Positions 10,147 through 19,650 of a DNA stretch of 64,000 nt are shown in pieces. The notes beneath the pieces were generated by a model. That model was not told the DNA's origin and searched no databases. It was given only the letters and a program-made list of their open reading frames with translations. The translations under genes and the position numbers were made by a program. Position 1 is the first letter of the stretch; every line of letters starts with the position of its first letter. Origin of the DNA: Deltaproteobacteria bacterium (GTDB lineage Bacteria > Myxococcota_A > Polyangia > GCA-2747355); assembly GCA_020633415.1 (NCBI GenBank), contig JACKDQ010000007.1, positions 17,507 through 81,506 of the forward strand, written 5' to 3'.

Positions 10147-10235
10147 CCGCGGGATCGAAATGACCGCGCTCGTTGCTTGGGGCTTGGCTCCACAGCTGGT
10201 TTGAAGCTGGGGGGCAGGCGCTACGCTGAAATTAC

Positions 10236-10256
10236 TTAAAGGTTCTGTACGTTTAA
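10236..10256. promoter_or_regulatory. imperfect inverted repeat TTAAAGG-N7-CGTTTAA, possible enhancer (UAS) site
   Basis: Lies in the most AT-rich patch of the 10147-10411 intergenic region, about 110 bp upstream of the candidate -24 element. Confidence 0.2.
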
Positions 10257-10357
10257 TAGGCTGGGCTGCTGAATTGGGGGGCGCTCTCTACACCCCTGCG
10301 CGAGCATCAACCGTGCGCATTCACCGAGATGTCCGTGCTTTCAACGCCTTGCGGAGT

Positions 10358-10373
10358 TGGCGCGGGTCTCGCA
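10358..10373 (+). promoter_or_regulatory. candidate sigma-54 promoter TGGCGC-N5-TCGCA
   Basis: GG (10359-10360) and GC (10371-10372) are separated by 10 nt, as in the TGGCAC-N5-TTGCW consensus. The site is 39 nt upstream of ATG 10412. Confidence 0.4.
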
Positions 10374-10411
10374 ATGAATGCGAGCCGAAGCGTTACGAGG
10401 GAGGTCAGTCG

Positions 10412-11728
10412 ATGGTTAGGAAGTTGGTCTTAAGCATGAGCGCCGCGAGCCTGCTGTTGCTCGGTGTGAGCACCCAGGCGTTTGCCGGCGGTGCCGGCGA
10501 GTGTTCGGGTGGTGCTTGCGGGACGCCGCAACAATCCGGCGGTGGCGGTTGCGGTTGTGGCGGCGGTTCGATCCTCGTCAACAACACCGACCTTGGCGAC
10601 ACCTACCAATACGCCGACGACTACGACAATGACGGGTGGGAAGACGACACCGATAACTGTCCGTTCGTGGCCAATCCCGAGCAGCTCGACAGCGATGGTG
10701 ACGGCCACGGCGACGCCTGCGACTTGTGTCCCAACGTCTCCGATCCCGAGCAAACCGATACCGATGGTGACCAGCTCGGTGACGGCTGCGATCCCGACAT
10801 CGACAACGATGGGATCGAAAATGCCAAGGACAACGCCCCAACGGTGCCCAACAAGGACCAAAAGGATACGGACGGCGACGGCATTGGCGATGCCGCGGAT
10901 GACGATGACGACAACGACGGTGTCAAAGACATCAGCGACAACTGTCCGTTGTTTGCGAATCCCGATCAGACCAACAGCGCGCCGAACACCCACGGCGACG
11001 CTTGCGACGCCGACCTCGATAAGGATGATATTCTCGATAGCAAGGACAACTGCCCCAACGTGCAGAACAAGCTGCAGGGTGACCTTGATGGCGATGGTAT
11101 CGGTGATGCCTGCGACGCCGATCGAGATGGCGACGGCATTACCAACGTGCAGGACAACTGTCCCGACCTGATCAACCCCGATCAGATCGACGACGACCGC
11201 GATGGTCTAGGAAACGCTTGCGACTCGCGCTTCTGCTTCGTCGTCGCTGGGGATCAGCAAAACTGCCTCGATCCGACGGCGACGCTGAAGATCTTCAGTC
11301 CCGAAGTCAAGATCGCCACCGGGCACGCGTTCCGGTTGCGGTTGTTCGCCAACCGCGAGAATCAAGCGATCCGTTACACCTGGACGGTCCTTGAGGCGCC
11401 CGGTCAGTCGACCGCCACGGTGCAAAACCCGCGCGGCACGGTTCGCCTCTCAACGCCCTATGAGTATCATTACGTTAAGAGCAACGAGGCGACGTTCACC
11501 GCTGACGCGCCGGGGACCTACAAGATCAAGGTCAATGCGCAGCTGGTATTTGACGACGTGGTCAATAAGACTTTCCCCAAGGACGCCTTCCACATCGTCA
11601 CGATTACCGCCGATGGCGAGCGCCAAAGCAGTGGCTGTTCGGTGGCGGGTGGCCCATCGGCCGAGTGGCTTGGACTGTCGGTCCTCGGGTTGATCGCTCT
11701 GGTGACGATGCGCCGCCGTCGACGATAG
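10412..11728 (+). CDS. secreted thrombospondin type-3 repeat protein with MYXO-CTERM-type sorting tag
   Basis: GAGGGAGG lies upstream of ATG 10412. Signal peptide (LLLLGVSTQAFA) is followed by a Gly/Cys-rich stretch and about ten DxDxDGxxDxxDNCP calcium-loop repeats. A C-terminal beta domain follows, ending in SSGCSVAGGPSAEWLGLSVLGLIALVTMRRRRR (Cys, hydrophobic helix, Arg cluster). Confidence 0.85.
   Translation: MVRKLVLSMSAASLLLLGVSTQAFAGGAGECSGGACGTPQQSGGGGCGCGGGSILVNNTDLGDTYQYADDYDNDGWEDDTDNCPFVANPEQLDSDGDGHGDACDLCPNVSDPEQTDTDGDQLGDGCDPDIDNDGIENAKDNAPTVPNKDQKDTDGDGIGDAADDDDDNDGVKDISDNCPLFANPDQTNSAPNTHGDACDADLDKDDILDSKDNCPNVQNKLQGDLDGDGIGDACDADRDGDGITNVQDNCPDLINPDQIDDDRDGLGNACDSRFCFVVAGDQQNCLDPTATLKIFSPEVKIATGHAFRLRLFANRENQAIRYTWTVLEAPGQSTATVQNPRGTVRLSTPYEYHYVKSNEATFTADAPGTYKIKVNAQLVFDDVVNKTFPKDAFHIVTITADGERQSSGCSVAGGPSAEWLGLSVLGLIALVTMRRRRR
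10583..11240 (+). repeat. coding tandem array of TSP type-3-like acidic Ca-binding repeats
   Basis: Recurrent GAC-rich units encode DSDGDGHGDACDLCP, DTDGDGIGDAAD, DRDGDGITNVQDNCP and similar. Confidence 0.75.
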
Positions 11729-11758
11729 TGACATTTCTCTAGCAACGCTTCGATTCTG

Positions 11759-11797
11759 GCGTCCGTCCGGGCCTCTCCCTGACGGACGCTTTTTTTT
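11759..11797 (+). terminator. Rho-independent terminator
   Basis: Perfect 9-bp stem GCGTCCGTC / GACGGACGC (11759-11767 and 11781-11789), a 13-nt loop, then T8 (11790-11797). It lies 31 nt after the TSP3 gene stop. Confidence 0.8.
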
Positions 11798-11886
11798 GCT
11801 CGCTAAGCTTTGGGCATTATTTGAAAAAAATGCGGAGACCAGAGGCTGACGTCGGCCCGCAGGCACCGTATACTTAGGGGCATCCG

Positions 11887-13854
11887 ATGAGCAAACGCGA
11901 CAGCACCGCGCCGCAGGCCCAGGGTCGGGCCGCTTTGATGGTGACGCTCGGCCTCGCGAGCATCGTCACCGCACTCGCTGCGTGCAGCGACGCTGGCCTG
12001 CAGCCGAAAAACACCACGCAACGCGGTGAAGTCGACGATCTGTTGCGGATCAGCGGAGAGGTCTGTACCTCCGCGCCGCGCGATCAGCTCTTCCCGGTCA
12101 AGATCATGTTTGTCGTCGATACCTCGGGGTCGATGCAGTTTACCGACCCGTCGACGGCGACAGCGTCAAGTTGCCAGTCGGCGTGTACCGCGGCTGGCGT
12201 GGCGGCCGCCCAGTGCACGGCGCTCTGTGCCGGGGCTCAGAATCCTGGGCGTCAGGCGGCGGTCAAGGCGGTGATCGACCGCTACAAAAACAACCCTGCG
12301 GTTTCTTTTTCGGTGATCCGCTTCAACGGACGCGTGACCGTCAACGGCGGCGCTCAAGGCGCCGGTAGCTCGTTTACCAATGACCCCGGCGTGCTCAACC
12401 AGGCGATGACCAGCCTCAATCAGGCCGAGATCACCACCGACTATCAAGGGGCGCTTTCGACCGCGTTTACCTTGCTGGAAAAGGACCTGATCGCCACCGA
12501 CCCAGTGCAGCGCACGCGCACGAAGTACGTGATCATTTTTCTCACCGATGGCGCGCCCAACCCGGTCTGCGAAAAGGGTTGCGGCAATGACACGGTCGAT
12601 CTTGGCGGCGGTATCGTCGTCGACAGCTGGTGTGACGTGCCGCGCGATCAGTGGTGTGGCAACTTTGGAGCCAATGGCGATCTCTGCAACTCGATGCAGC
12701 AGTGGTATCCGTCGATGGCCGAGCCCTGCCAGGCCTATAATACCGAGGACCTGATCACTCAGCGGGTCAACGAGATCATGGACCTCGGAATACGCTTCGG
12801 CGTCGGCGAGATCCGTTTTCACACGGCGTTCCTTTTCGTCGATGGTCTCTCGCAGGCGATCTTGGACCTCTTTGCCGTCGATAAGGCCAAGTCGGAGTCG
12901 CTGCTCAAGCGCATGGCGAAGGCCGGGCAGGGCGAATACCGTAGCTTCAACAGCGGCCAGGCGATCGACTTTCTCTCGATCGGCTACGCCACATTGGCGC
13001 GACCGTTCGGCATGACCAACTTCCTGGTGAGCAATCCGCACGCGCGGCCGGGCGACGGCAAGTTATTGATCGACAGCGACGGCGATGGGGTCGACGACGA
13101 GACAGAGTTCGACGTCCACCTGCAAATGGACCGGATCTTGGTCGACAGCGATGGCGATGGCTACGGCGATCAGATCGAATATCAGCGGCGCAACAAGGGC
13201 TTTCATCCGGGCGATGCCAAGTTGCCGGTGCGCGTTTGTCCGCCAGCCGAGCGCTACGACACGGACGGGGATGGTCTGCGCGATTGTGAAGAGACGTTGC
13301 TCGGTACCAACCCGGCGATCGCTGATAGCGACCGCGACCGCGTGCCCGACGGCCTCGAGGTGCGGTTTGGCACCGACCCGACGACGGCCGACGCCAACGT
13401 TGATCAGGACTTCGATGGACGATTAGCCGGCGAGGAGATTTCGCTGCATTCGCGACCGACGGTAGCTGACGCTGACTTTCAGTCGAACTTCAAGTACATC
13501 TACAAAGTATCACCGGCCCGCGAGCAGCTTGATCGCCGTCGCTGCTATTCCTTCGATGTGCGGCAAGTTCGCTTGGTGACGACGCTGCAAGTCGGGGCCG
13601 CCGGAACCTCAGGATATAACGAGGTGATGGTCTATTTTGGCGAGGGACTTGCCGACGATCCTCGCGACTATGGCGAGTTTCGCGCGGCCTGTGTGCGTGC
13701 CCAATACGTCGCCCCGAGCCTGAAGCTCCCGGCCTCAGGCAAGGTCGAGTTGAAGGAAACCGATTTCTATCCGCTGTCCGAACTATTGGCCGCACGCGCC
13801 GCGGCTGAAAACGATCCGGAGAGTGACCCCTGCGTTGGCGTAGCACTACCTTAA
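11887..13854 (+). CDS. VWA-domain lipoprotein with TSP3-like repeats (paralogue 1)
   Basis: Lipobox VTALAAC. MIDAS residues are VKIMFVVDTSGSM ... TTDY ... IIFLTDG. C-terminal acidic repeats include DSDGDGVDDETE, DSDGDGYGDQIE and DTDGDGLRDCEETLLGTNP...DGLEVRFGTDP, followed by a conserved terminal domain shared with the next gene. Confidence 0.85.
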   Translation: MSKRDSTAPQAQGRAALMVTLGLASIVTALAACSDAGLQPKNTTQRGEVDDLLRISGEVCTSAPRDQLFPVKIMFVVDTSGSMQFTDPSTATASSCQSACTAAGVAAAQCTALCAGAQNPGRQAAVKAVIDRYKNNPAVSFSVIRFNGRVTVNGGAQGAGSSFTNDPGVLNQAMTSLNQAEITTDYQGALSTAFTLLEKDLIATDPVQRTRTKYVIIFLTDGAPNPVCEKGCGNDTVDLGGGIVVDSWCDVPRDQWCGNFGANGDLCNSMQQWYPSMAEPCQAYNTEDLITQRVNEIMDLGIRFGVGEIRFHTAFLFVDGLSQAILDLFAVDKAKSESLLKRMAKAGQGEYRSFNSGQAIDFLSIGYATLARPFGMTNFLVSNPHARPGDGKLLIDSDGDGVDDETEFDVHLQMDRILVDSDGDGYGDQIEYQRRNKGFHPGDAKLPVRVCPPAERYDTDGDGLRDCEETLLGTNPAIADSDRDRVPDGLEVRFGTDPTTADANVDQDFDGRLAGEEISLHSRPTVADADFQSNFKYIYKVSPAREQLDRRRCYSFDVRQVRLVTTLQVGAAGTSGYNEVMVYFGEGLADDPRDYGEFRAACVRAQYVAPSLKLPASGKVELKETDFYPLSELLAARAAAENDPESDPCVGVALP

Positions 13855-13856
13855 CC

Positions 13857-16208
13857 GTGCGCTGTGCAATGCTCATCGTCGTCTGGTCGGCTGCGCTAGG
13901 CGGCTGCAGTGACGTGGCGCTCAAGAAGAACACCGAGGATAAGCGACCGGTGTTCGACGACAAGCTGCGGCTCAGCGGCCGCGTTTGCACCTCTGACCCG
14001 GCCGACCTGAAGTTTCCGGTCAAGGTCTTGTTCGTGATCGACACGTCGCAGAGCATGAACGTCAACGACCCGCCTCAAGTTGGGGCGCTGGACACAACCC
14101 AGTCCACCGGACGCAGCCGCTCGATTCGTCAGGTGATCAGCCAGTACATCGAGCTCGGCGCGCAGTTTTCCAATCAGTACTGCAACACCGGTGAAGCGAA
14201 TTGCGCCAAAGGTGAGCCAGGCTGTGCAGCCTGCGCGTCGTTGGGCAACGCGGTTTGCGTTGGTCCCGATTGCTGCAAGGCGCCGCCCTGCAGTGGCGTG
14301 CCAGCCTGCCCGGCACCGACCGCTACCAACGGCAGCTGTCTGCCGCTCTGTGATACCAACAAGGCCGGCTGCAAAGCTGGGGAAAGCAATTGCCCCGACT
14401 GTCCCAATCCGGGCGATCGTTGTCTGAACGGCGTCTGCGGCAAGTTTCTCGACCCAGGTGTCGAGTTCGCGATCATTCGTTTCGGTTCAGCCAAACAGGT
14501 GATTACCCGCGCCCCCGACGGGAACCCCGGCTTTTCCAACGACCCCGCCGAGCTGGTGACTGCGCTGCCCCAGGTCAATAACGGTGGATCTGTCACCGAC
14601 TACGAAGGGGCGCTATCTGAAGCCTTTGCGCTGCTTTCGCGCGATATGAAGAACGCGACCGACAACAATATCGGCGCGCTCAATCGCACAAAGTACGTCG
14701 TGATCTTCCTTTCCGATGGACAGCCCGATCCGCGAGTCAACGGCGAGGAGGATTGGAACAGCATCCCCGCCGATCTGCGACAAGATCTGTTGGGTGATCA
14801 GGCACAGTTCTTCCAGACGATCAGCGAATACAATGTTCCGGTGAAGATCCTGCGTCGAGTCAAGGAGATCGTTGCGCTGCGCTCGCTCTATGGCGTCGGC
14901 GAAATCACCCTCAGTACGGCATATATTGCGGGCGACTCGCCATCGTTTGTCCAAGACCAGGCCACGGGATTGCTCAAGCAGATGGCGCAAGTTGGCGACG
15001 GTACTTTCCGCAACTTCAAGAACGGCGAGGAGCTGAACTTTCTTTTTGTCGATTTTTCGTCGTTGCGGCGCGTCTTTCAGTTGAAAAACTTCATGGTCGA
15101 AAACATCAATGGCCGGCTGCGCGACAGCAAGACCGTCGTCGATTCCGACGGTGACGGTTTGGTCGACAGCCTCGAGGATTTGATCGGCACCAACAGCACG
15201 CGAGCAGATACCGATGCCGATGGTTTCGGCGACGCCCTCGAGCACTTCTTTCGCTCATCGGGGACCGATGCGCTCAACCCGAACGACGCGGATTGTGCGA
15301 TCGGCGCAGCCGATGCCGATGGCGATGGATTGCCGGACGACACCGACGGCGATGGACTGCTCGACTGCGAAGAGCGCTTCATCGGCACCAATCGTTTGGT
15401 TTTCGACAGCGACGCTGACGGGCTACCAGATGGCGTGGAGGTGCGATTCGGCACCAACCCATCCAGTAACGATCTGTTGATCGACCTCGACTTCGACGGT
15501 ATGCCCAACGGTGACGAAGTTCGTCTGCACACCGATGCCAACGCCGACGATGCCGCCCATCGTTCGCGAACCAGCTATCGCTACGACGTCAAGCGCGAGG
15601 GATCGGGGATCGAGCTGCTGCCGATGACGTGCAAGGTCGATGCCGATTGTCCGAGCGGTGGTGGATGTAGTGCCTCCGGGCAGTGTGGTTGCGTCACCGA
15701 TCTCGACTGCAGCACTCAGACCGCCTGTACAGGAACGGCGCGTTGCGAGCGATTGGGCGAGCTATGCCAGCAGGACAAGTGCGTGTCGCAGGCGGCAGCT
15801 TGCGAACTGACCGACCCAGAGCAGGCAACGAGTCCCAAGGTCTGCAAGCGTCGCGCGCACGTGACCTGTTACAGCTACGACGTCGAGAACATCACTCTCG
15901 TTTCGCCAGCCGGTGACGCAGCACAGCGCGGTTGGAATACCGTGATGCTGACCTTCGCTGAAGCGCCCTTTGATAACCCGGGTGATGTGGGAAACTTTAG
16001 GACGGCCTGCGTGCGCGCCTTCTACGACAGTGAAAACGGCGCCAAGCTGCCGACGCGCGGCCAACTTTCGGTGCCCGAAACCGCCTGGTCTGCGCCTACC
16101 GAGCTGCGAGCGCCTCAGTCCTGCATTTGTCCAAGCGAAAACAAGGATGGCTGTGCACCAGCGGGTGCCGGGGGCCCGACGACGACCACGGGCACAAACG
16201 GGAGCTAA
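13857..16208 (+). CDS. VWA-domain lipoprotein with TSP3-like repeats and Cys-rich insertions (paralogue 2)
   Basis: Lipobox AALGGC. MIDAS residues are VKVLFVIDTSQSM ... VVIFLSDG. Colinear with the upstream gene (LRLSGRVCTSDP, DGVEVRFGTNP, CYSYDVENITLV...FRTACVRAFY). Extra Cys-rich blocks lie inside the VWA domain and before the terminal domain. There is a 2-nt gap to the upstream stop; ATG 13869 is an alternative start. Confidence 0.85.
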   Translation: MRCAMLIVVWSAALGGCSDVALKKNTEDKRPVFDDKLRLSGRVCTSDPADLKFPVKVLFVIDTSQSMNVNDPPQVGALDTTQSTGRSRSIRQVISQYIELGAQFSNQYCNTGEANCAKGEPGCAACASLGNAVCVGPDCCKAPPCSGVPACPAPTATNGSCLPLCDTNKAGCKAGESNCPDCPNPGDRCLNGVCGKFLDPGVEFAIIRFGSAKQVITRAPDGNPGFSNDPAELVTALPQVNNGGSVTDYEGALSEAFALLSRDMKNATDNNIGALNRTKYVVIFLSDGQPDPRVNGEEDWNSIPADLRQDLLGDQAQFFQTISEYNVPVKILRRVKEIVALRSLYGVGEITLSTAYIAGDSPSFVQDQATGLLKQMAQVGDGTFRNFKNGEELNFLFVDFSSLRRVFQLKNFMVENINGRLRDSKTVVDSDGDGLVDSLEDLIGTNSTRADTDADGFGDALEHFFRSSGTDALNPNDADCAIGAADADGDGLPDDTDGDGLLDCEERFIGTNRLVFDSDADGLPDGVEVRFGTNPSSNDLLIDLDFDGMPNGDEVRLHTDANADDAAHRSRTSYRYDVKREGSGIELLPMTCKVDADCPSGGGCSASGQCGCVTDLDCSTQTACTGTARCERLGELCQQDKCVSQAAACELTDPEQATSPKVCKRRAHVTCYSYDVENITLVSPAGDAAQRGWNTVMLTFAEAPFDNPGDVGNFRTACVRAFYDSENGAKLPTRGQLSVPETAWSAPTELRAPQSCICPSENKDGCAPAGAGGPTTTTGTNGS

Positions 16209-16211
16209 CCA

Positions 16212-18296
16212 ATGCGAACTTACCTTATCTTGGGCGCGGCGCTGCTTCTCGGAAGCTGTGATGAGACGGGCAGCAGCCGCGAGGGGGATGGTGGCGCGCT
16301 GGCGGACTCGATCAGCGGTGGATCCTGTACGGTTAAGGTCGACGATTCGGTGAGCATCGCCACGTCGATTCCGCTAAGTGCGGGCGCAAGCAAGACCGAG
16401 TACATCTGTCCGCGCGGCGATCAGGACTACTACAAGATCAGCCTGCCGGCCGGAAAGAACCTGTTGCGCATTAAGCTCAAGCACAGCTCTACGCTCACCA
16501 ATGTTGGCCTGTCCTACATTGTGCTCAAGCAGTCGGGCGCCGATGCGCAGACCGTCGCTACCTCGCCCCCCGGCAAGAACAACGATATCGATGCGCGTCA
16601 CTGCCTTGCGCCTGGCGACTATTACGTGCTGGTTCAAGATGACGGCAGTGATGCTCATGACGGCAAGAATCCGTATAGCATCAGCTTTGAGGCCGACGCC
16701 GATCCTGACGCTGGAGAGGACGATAACGCTGCGAGCAAGGCTCGCGCACCAGGCACGGGGTACATCTCTTGCGCTGGCGACAAGGACTACTTCAAGGTTG
16801 ACGTCGGTGCCGACAAGTTGCTCAAGGTCGACCTGAACGCCAGCGGCATCGCGCTGCAACTGGGTTATCAGGTCATGCGCGAGGTTTCAGGAAAGCTAGA
16901 AGCTGTCGCCGGCGATGGCGCCAGCGGGGAGGGCAAGCTCAACGTTGCGCTTTCCACGGTCCATGCGTTGCCGGCGGCTGGCACGTACTACATCGTTGTC
17001 GCCGACCAAGGTGATGACGATGGGGACCCGCAGACCAGCTATACCTTGGCGGCGTCGGTGATCGACGAGCCGGACGCTAACGACCGCGGTACGCGCAACG
17101 ATCACCCGGCGCAGGCAACGCCACTCGGCACCTTTAACGGCACCGCCGACTGCGCGTCTCCTCAGGTCTTTACCTCGAGTGGCTATATCGGATCGAAGGG
17201 TGATCTGGACTACTTCCGCGTCGATGCGCCAGGTGGTCTCTCCAACGCTAATCCGGGCCTGGTTTACATCAAGCTCGAGTTTCCCTCGGGCACGGCGATA
17301 GATCCTGCTGTGGCCCTGCTCTACGCCGATGGATCGACCTCCTGCAGCAAGGACACTTGCTGCCGCGTGCTCAGTGGTAACAGTGAGTGTAGTGGTCCGC
17401 TGGACTGCGGCGAGAGCAGTTTTACTTGCATCGATCGCGGTGACCAGTTCTGCAACGATAGTGCATGTGCGCCGAAATCCACTGCCTCCTGTGCGATCGA
17501 GAAGCGCTGTGCTGGCGCGGTTGCTTGTTTGGCGAGCAAGGTTTGCGCGGCGCAACAGTTCAACCGCTATCGCGTCGACGGCGGTGTGCTCGAGACCGCA
17601 CAGCCGCTATTTCATCCGGGAGAGTTCTATCTACGCGTCACCGACTTGGCCAGCGATGAGTTCGATCCGGCGGTGAAGTACACGCTGACCGTGACCGTCT
17701 GCAAAGATCCCGACGGCGCGACCGACAACGGCTACTTCCCGCGGCTACGCGCCAAGAGCACGGCAGCGCCCGAACGAGATGGCGCCGATGTCAACATTGG
17801 ACAGGTCGCAGGATATTTCTCCAGCGAAGGCAAGAGCAAGGCGCGGAAGCTTGGCGCGTTTATTCCTGCCAGCGGCTGGAGTGATTACATCAGCGGGCAC
17901 ATCGCTTTCGAGCACGATGAGGATTGGTACGAGATCGATAACCCCTGTAGCGGCGGCTGTTTGCTGCAAGCGGAGTACGACATCCAAGGGACCAACTGTC
18001 CGCCGGCGAACAAGAACGGGTCCGGACTCGAGTTTGTCTATTTGCTGACCAAGGGGGGAGGCGACGCCGATGGCTTCCCGGCGCCTGATGACGTCGGCAA
18101 AGCGGGAATCTTTGGGGGGGACGACAAGTGTACGTCGCTTGTGCGCAATCAAGGGAAGCTCGTGCTGACCGTTTCTGACCTCTACCATAACGCCTGGTCA
18201 CCGTCCTGCATGTATCGCATTCGTTTTCGCATTGCAGCCACAGGTTGTCCTCAGCCGCCGTGTGCCACTTATAACGGCCAATGTTATGCACCCTAA
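16212..18296 (+). CDS. lipoprotein with four PPC (pre-peptidase C-terminal)-like domains and a Cys-rich core
   Basis: Lipobox LLLGSC. The PPC hallmark recurs four times (GDQDYYKISL, GDKDYFKVDV, GDLDYFRVDA, DEDWYEIDN). A central block CSKDTCCRVLSGNSECSGPLDCGESSFTC... is present. 3-nt gap to the upstream gene. Confidence 0.7.
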   Translation: MRTYLILGAALLLGSCDETGSSREGDGGALADSISGGSCTVKVDDSVSIATSIPLSAGASKTEYICPRGDQDYYKISLPAGKNLLRIKLKHSSTLTNVGLSYIVLKQSGADAQTVATSPPGKNNDIDARHCLAPGDYYVLVQDDGSDAHDGKNPYSISFEADADPDAGEDDNAASKARAPGTGYISCAGDKDYFKVDVGADKLLKVDLNASGIALQLGYQVMREVSGKLEAVAGDGASGEGKLNVALSTVHALPAAGTYYIVVADQGDDDGDPQTSYTLAASVIDEPDANDRGTRNDHPAQATPLGTFNGTADCASPQVFTSSGYIGSKGDLDYFRVDAPGGLSNANPGLVYIKLEFPSGTAIDPAVALLYADGSTSCSKDTCCRVLSGNSECSGPLDCGESSFTCIDRGDQFCNDSACAPKSTASCAIEKRCAGAVACLASKVCAAQQFNRYRVDGGVLETAQPLFHPGEFYLRVTDLASDEFDPAVKYTLTVTVCKDPDGATDNGYFPRLRAKSTAAPERDGADVNIGQVAGYFSSEGKSKARKLGAFIPASGWSDYISGHIAFEHDEDWYEIDNPCSGGCLLQAEYDIQGTNCPPANKNGSGLEFVYLLTKGGGDADGFPAPDDVGKAGIFGGDDKCTSLVRNQGKLVLTVSDLYHNAWSPSCMYRIRFRIAATGCPQPPCATYNGQCYAP

Positions 18297-18309
18297 GGAT
18301 TTGAGTTAG

Positions 18310-19650
18310 ATGACGCTTCGACCGACGACTACGCTGGCGCTAGCTGCTGTTCTGAGTTGCTCCGCTTGTAGCGAGAGCTCCAATCGTACGACTGACGGTA
18401 GCGTTGTCGTCGTCGACGGTACGGTTGCCGCTGACGGTGGCGTCACGCCCAGTGGCACCTTGACCTTCATCAGCAAGGACGAGCTCGACAACAACAACGC
18501 TGGCCTCCAAGCAGTGATCCGCGCAACGAGCGGCGCCGTCGCAGTGGCCTATTTTCGCGAACTAGAGCAGGGGCAGTGGCCGACGGTGACCTGTCCGGGG
18601 CAGCCGCCGACGGACAAGCAGCGACCAGCCCAGCTACTCTACGCGTCAGTCTATGATGGGCAGACCTGGTCTACGCCAGCCGAAGTTGATCGCAGCGTGG
18701 GCGATGCCTTTGGAATCGCGATGGCGATCGATGCTCAAGGGGCGATTCACCTCGGCTACGCGGGCGGAGCGTATGGCCTTCAGGAGTGTGCGAGCTCAGA
18801 CGCGGTGATCGCCTCGAGTAGCGACCAAGGTAAAGCGTGGAACAAGCGTACCGTGCTTGGTCAGGGACCGGTGGGCGACATCGTTGGTCATTGGATGGGT
18901 ATCGCTGTCGACTCGGGCGGCCAGGTACGGGCGGCCTATCGCGACGTGCATTATGGGTTCTACGAGCAGGATGGTGACGCGCGAGCGGACCTGCGCTACG
19001 AGGGCGGCGAAAGCGTTTCAGAAGGGATCGGCGATGGCACCTACGCAGCGTTGGCCTTCGACAGCGCGGGCGCTCCGGTGATCTTTCACTACAATCCTAC
19101 CAAGCAAGGCGCCGAAGGCGGCTTGAAGCTGTCGCATAAGTCGGGCGGAAGCTGGTCGACGACGCAGATCGTTGGCGGCGCAACGCGTGAGCGACCGGGC
19201 TTTGCCCAGTTTGGTGGAACGCGCTTCGGCTTGGCGTTCTTCGAGGTTTCACGCCAGACGCTGGTCTACACCGAGAGCACAGACCTCACAGCAAAATGGC
19301 CAACGCCGACGCGCGTCGACCTCAAACCGGCGGACACAGGTCGCTACGCTGCGCTGGCTTTCGACTCGGTAGGTCGGCCAGCGATCAGCTACTACCGTTG
19401 TCGCAGCCAAGCCAACGGCGGCGATCAGTGTGACGCAGCCACCGATGCGCTGATGTTTGCCTACCGCATCGATGGGCGCTGGAAAACCTGGGAGGTTGAT
19501 ACCGGCGGCGACAACTTCTGCGGGCGCTACACATCGCTAGCGTTTGATGCCAAGGATCAGCCGATAATCGCCTACCAGTGCGTGGTATTCGATAGCATCA
19601 AGCAGCAACATGTTGCGACGCTGAAGATCGCCAAGGCGATCTGGAAGTGA
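18310..19650 (+). CDS. lipoprotein, BNR/Asp-box-like beta-propeller candidate
   Basis: Lipobox AAVLSC. Asp-box-like motifs (SSDQGKAWN, YDGQTWSTP, SGGSWSTTQ) and a repeated YAALAFDS(A/V)G(A/R)P strand pattern suggest a propeller. Confidence 0.6.
   Translation: MTLRPTTTLALAAVLSCSACSESSNRTTDGSVVVVDGTVAADGGVTPSGTLTFISKDELDNNNAGLQAVIRATSGAVAVAYFRELEQGQWPTVTCPGQPPTDKQRPAQLLYASVYDGQTWSTPAEVDRSVGDAFGIAMAIDAQGAIHLGYAGGAYGLQECASSDAVIASSSDQGKAWNKRTVLGQGPVGDIVGHWMGIAVDSGGQVRAAYRDVHYGFYEQDGDARADLRYEGGESVSEGIGDGTYAALAFDSAGAPVIFHYNPTKQGAEGGLKLSHKSGGSWSTTQIVGGATRERPGFAQFGGTRFGLAFFEVSRQTLVYTESTDLTAKWPTPTRVDLKPADTGRYAALAFDSVGRPAISYYRCRSQANGGDQCDAATDALMFAYRIDGRWKTWEVDTGGDNFCGRYTSLAFDAKDQPIIAYQCVVFDSIKQQHVATLKIAKAIWK

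Noticed and set aside
11846-11874. Promoter for the VWA operon (GGCAC at 11862-11866 as sigma-54; CTGACG-N17-TATACT as sigma-70)
   Set aside because: There is no GC dinucleotide at the -12 spacing, so it is not sigma-54. The sigma-70-like match would start transcription downstream of the AGGGG ribosome-binding site, so I do not trust it enough to call.
10430-13041. Several 100-290-aa ORFs on the minus strand and in alternative plus-strand frames (e.g. 10430..10993, 10482..11171, 12166..13041)
   Set aside because: They overlap the TSP3 and VWA genes, which have clear domain signatures. Their translations are low-complexity artefacts of the GAC/GGC-rich repeats.
18114-18120. G7 homopolymer inside the PPC lipoprotein gene, considered as a phase-variation switch (similar G7/C7 runs occur near 46156 and 58556)
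   Set aside because: Runs of 6-7 G/C occur several times in unrelated genes of this G+C-rich window. That is too short and too common to argue for programmed slippage.
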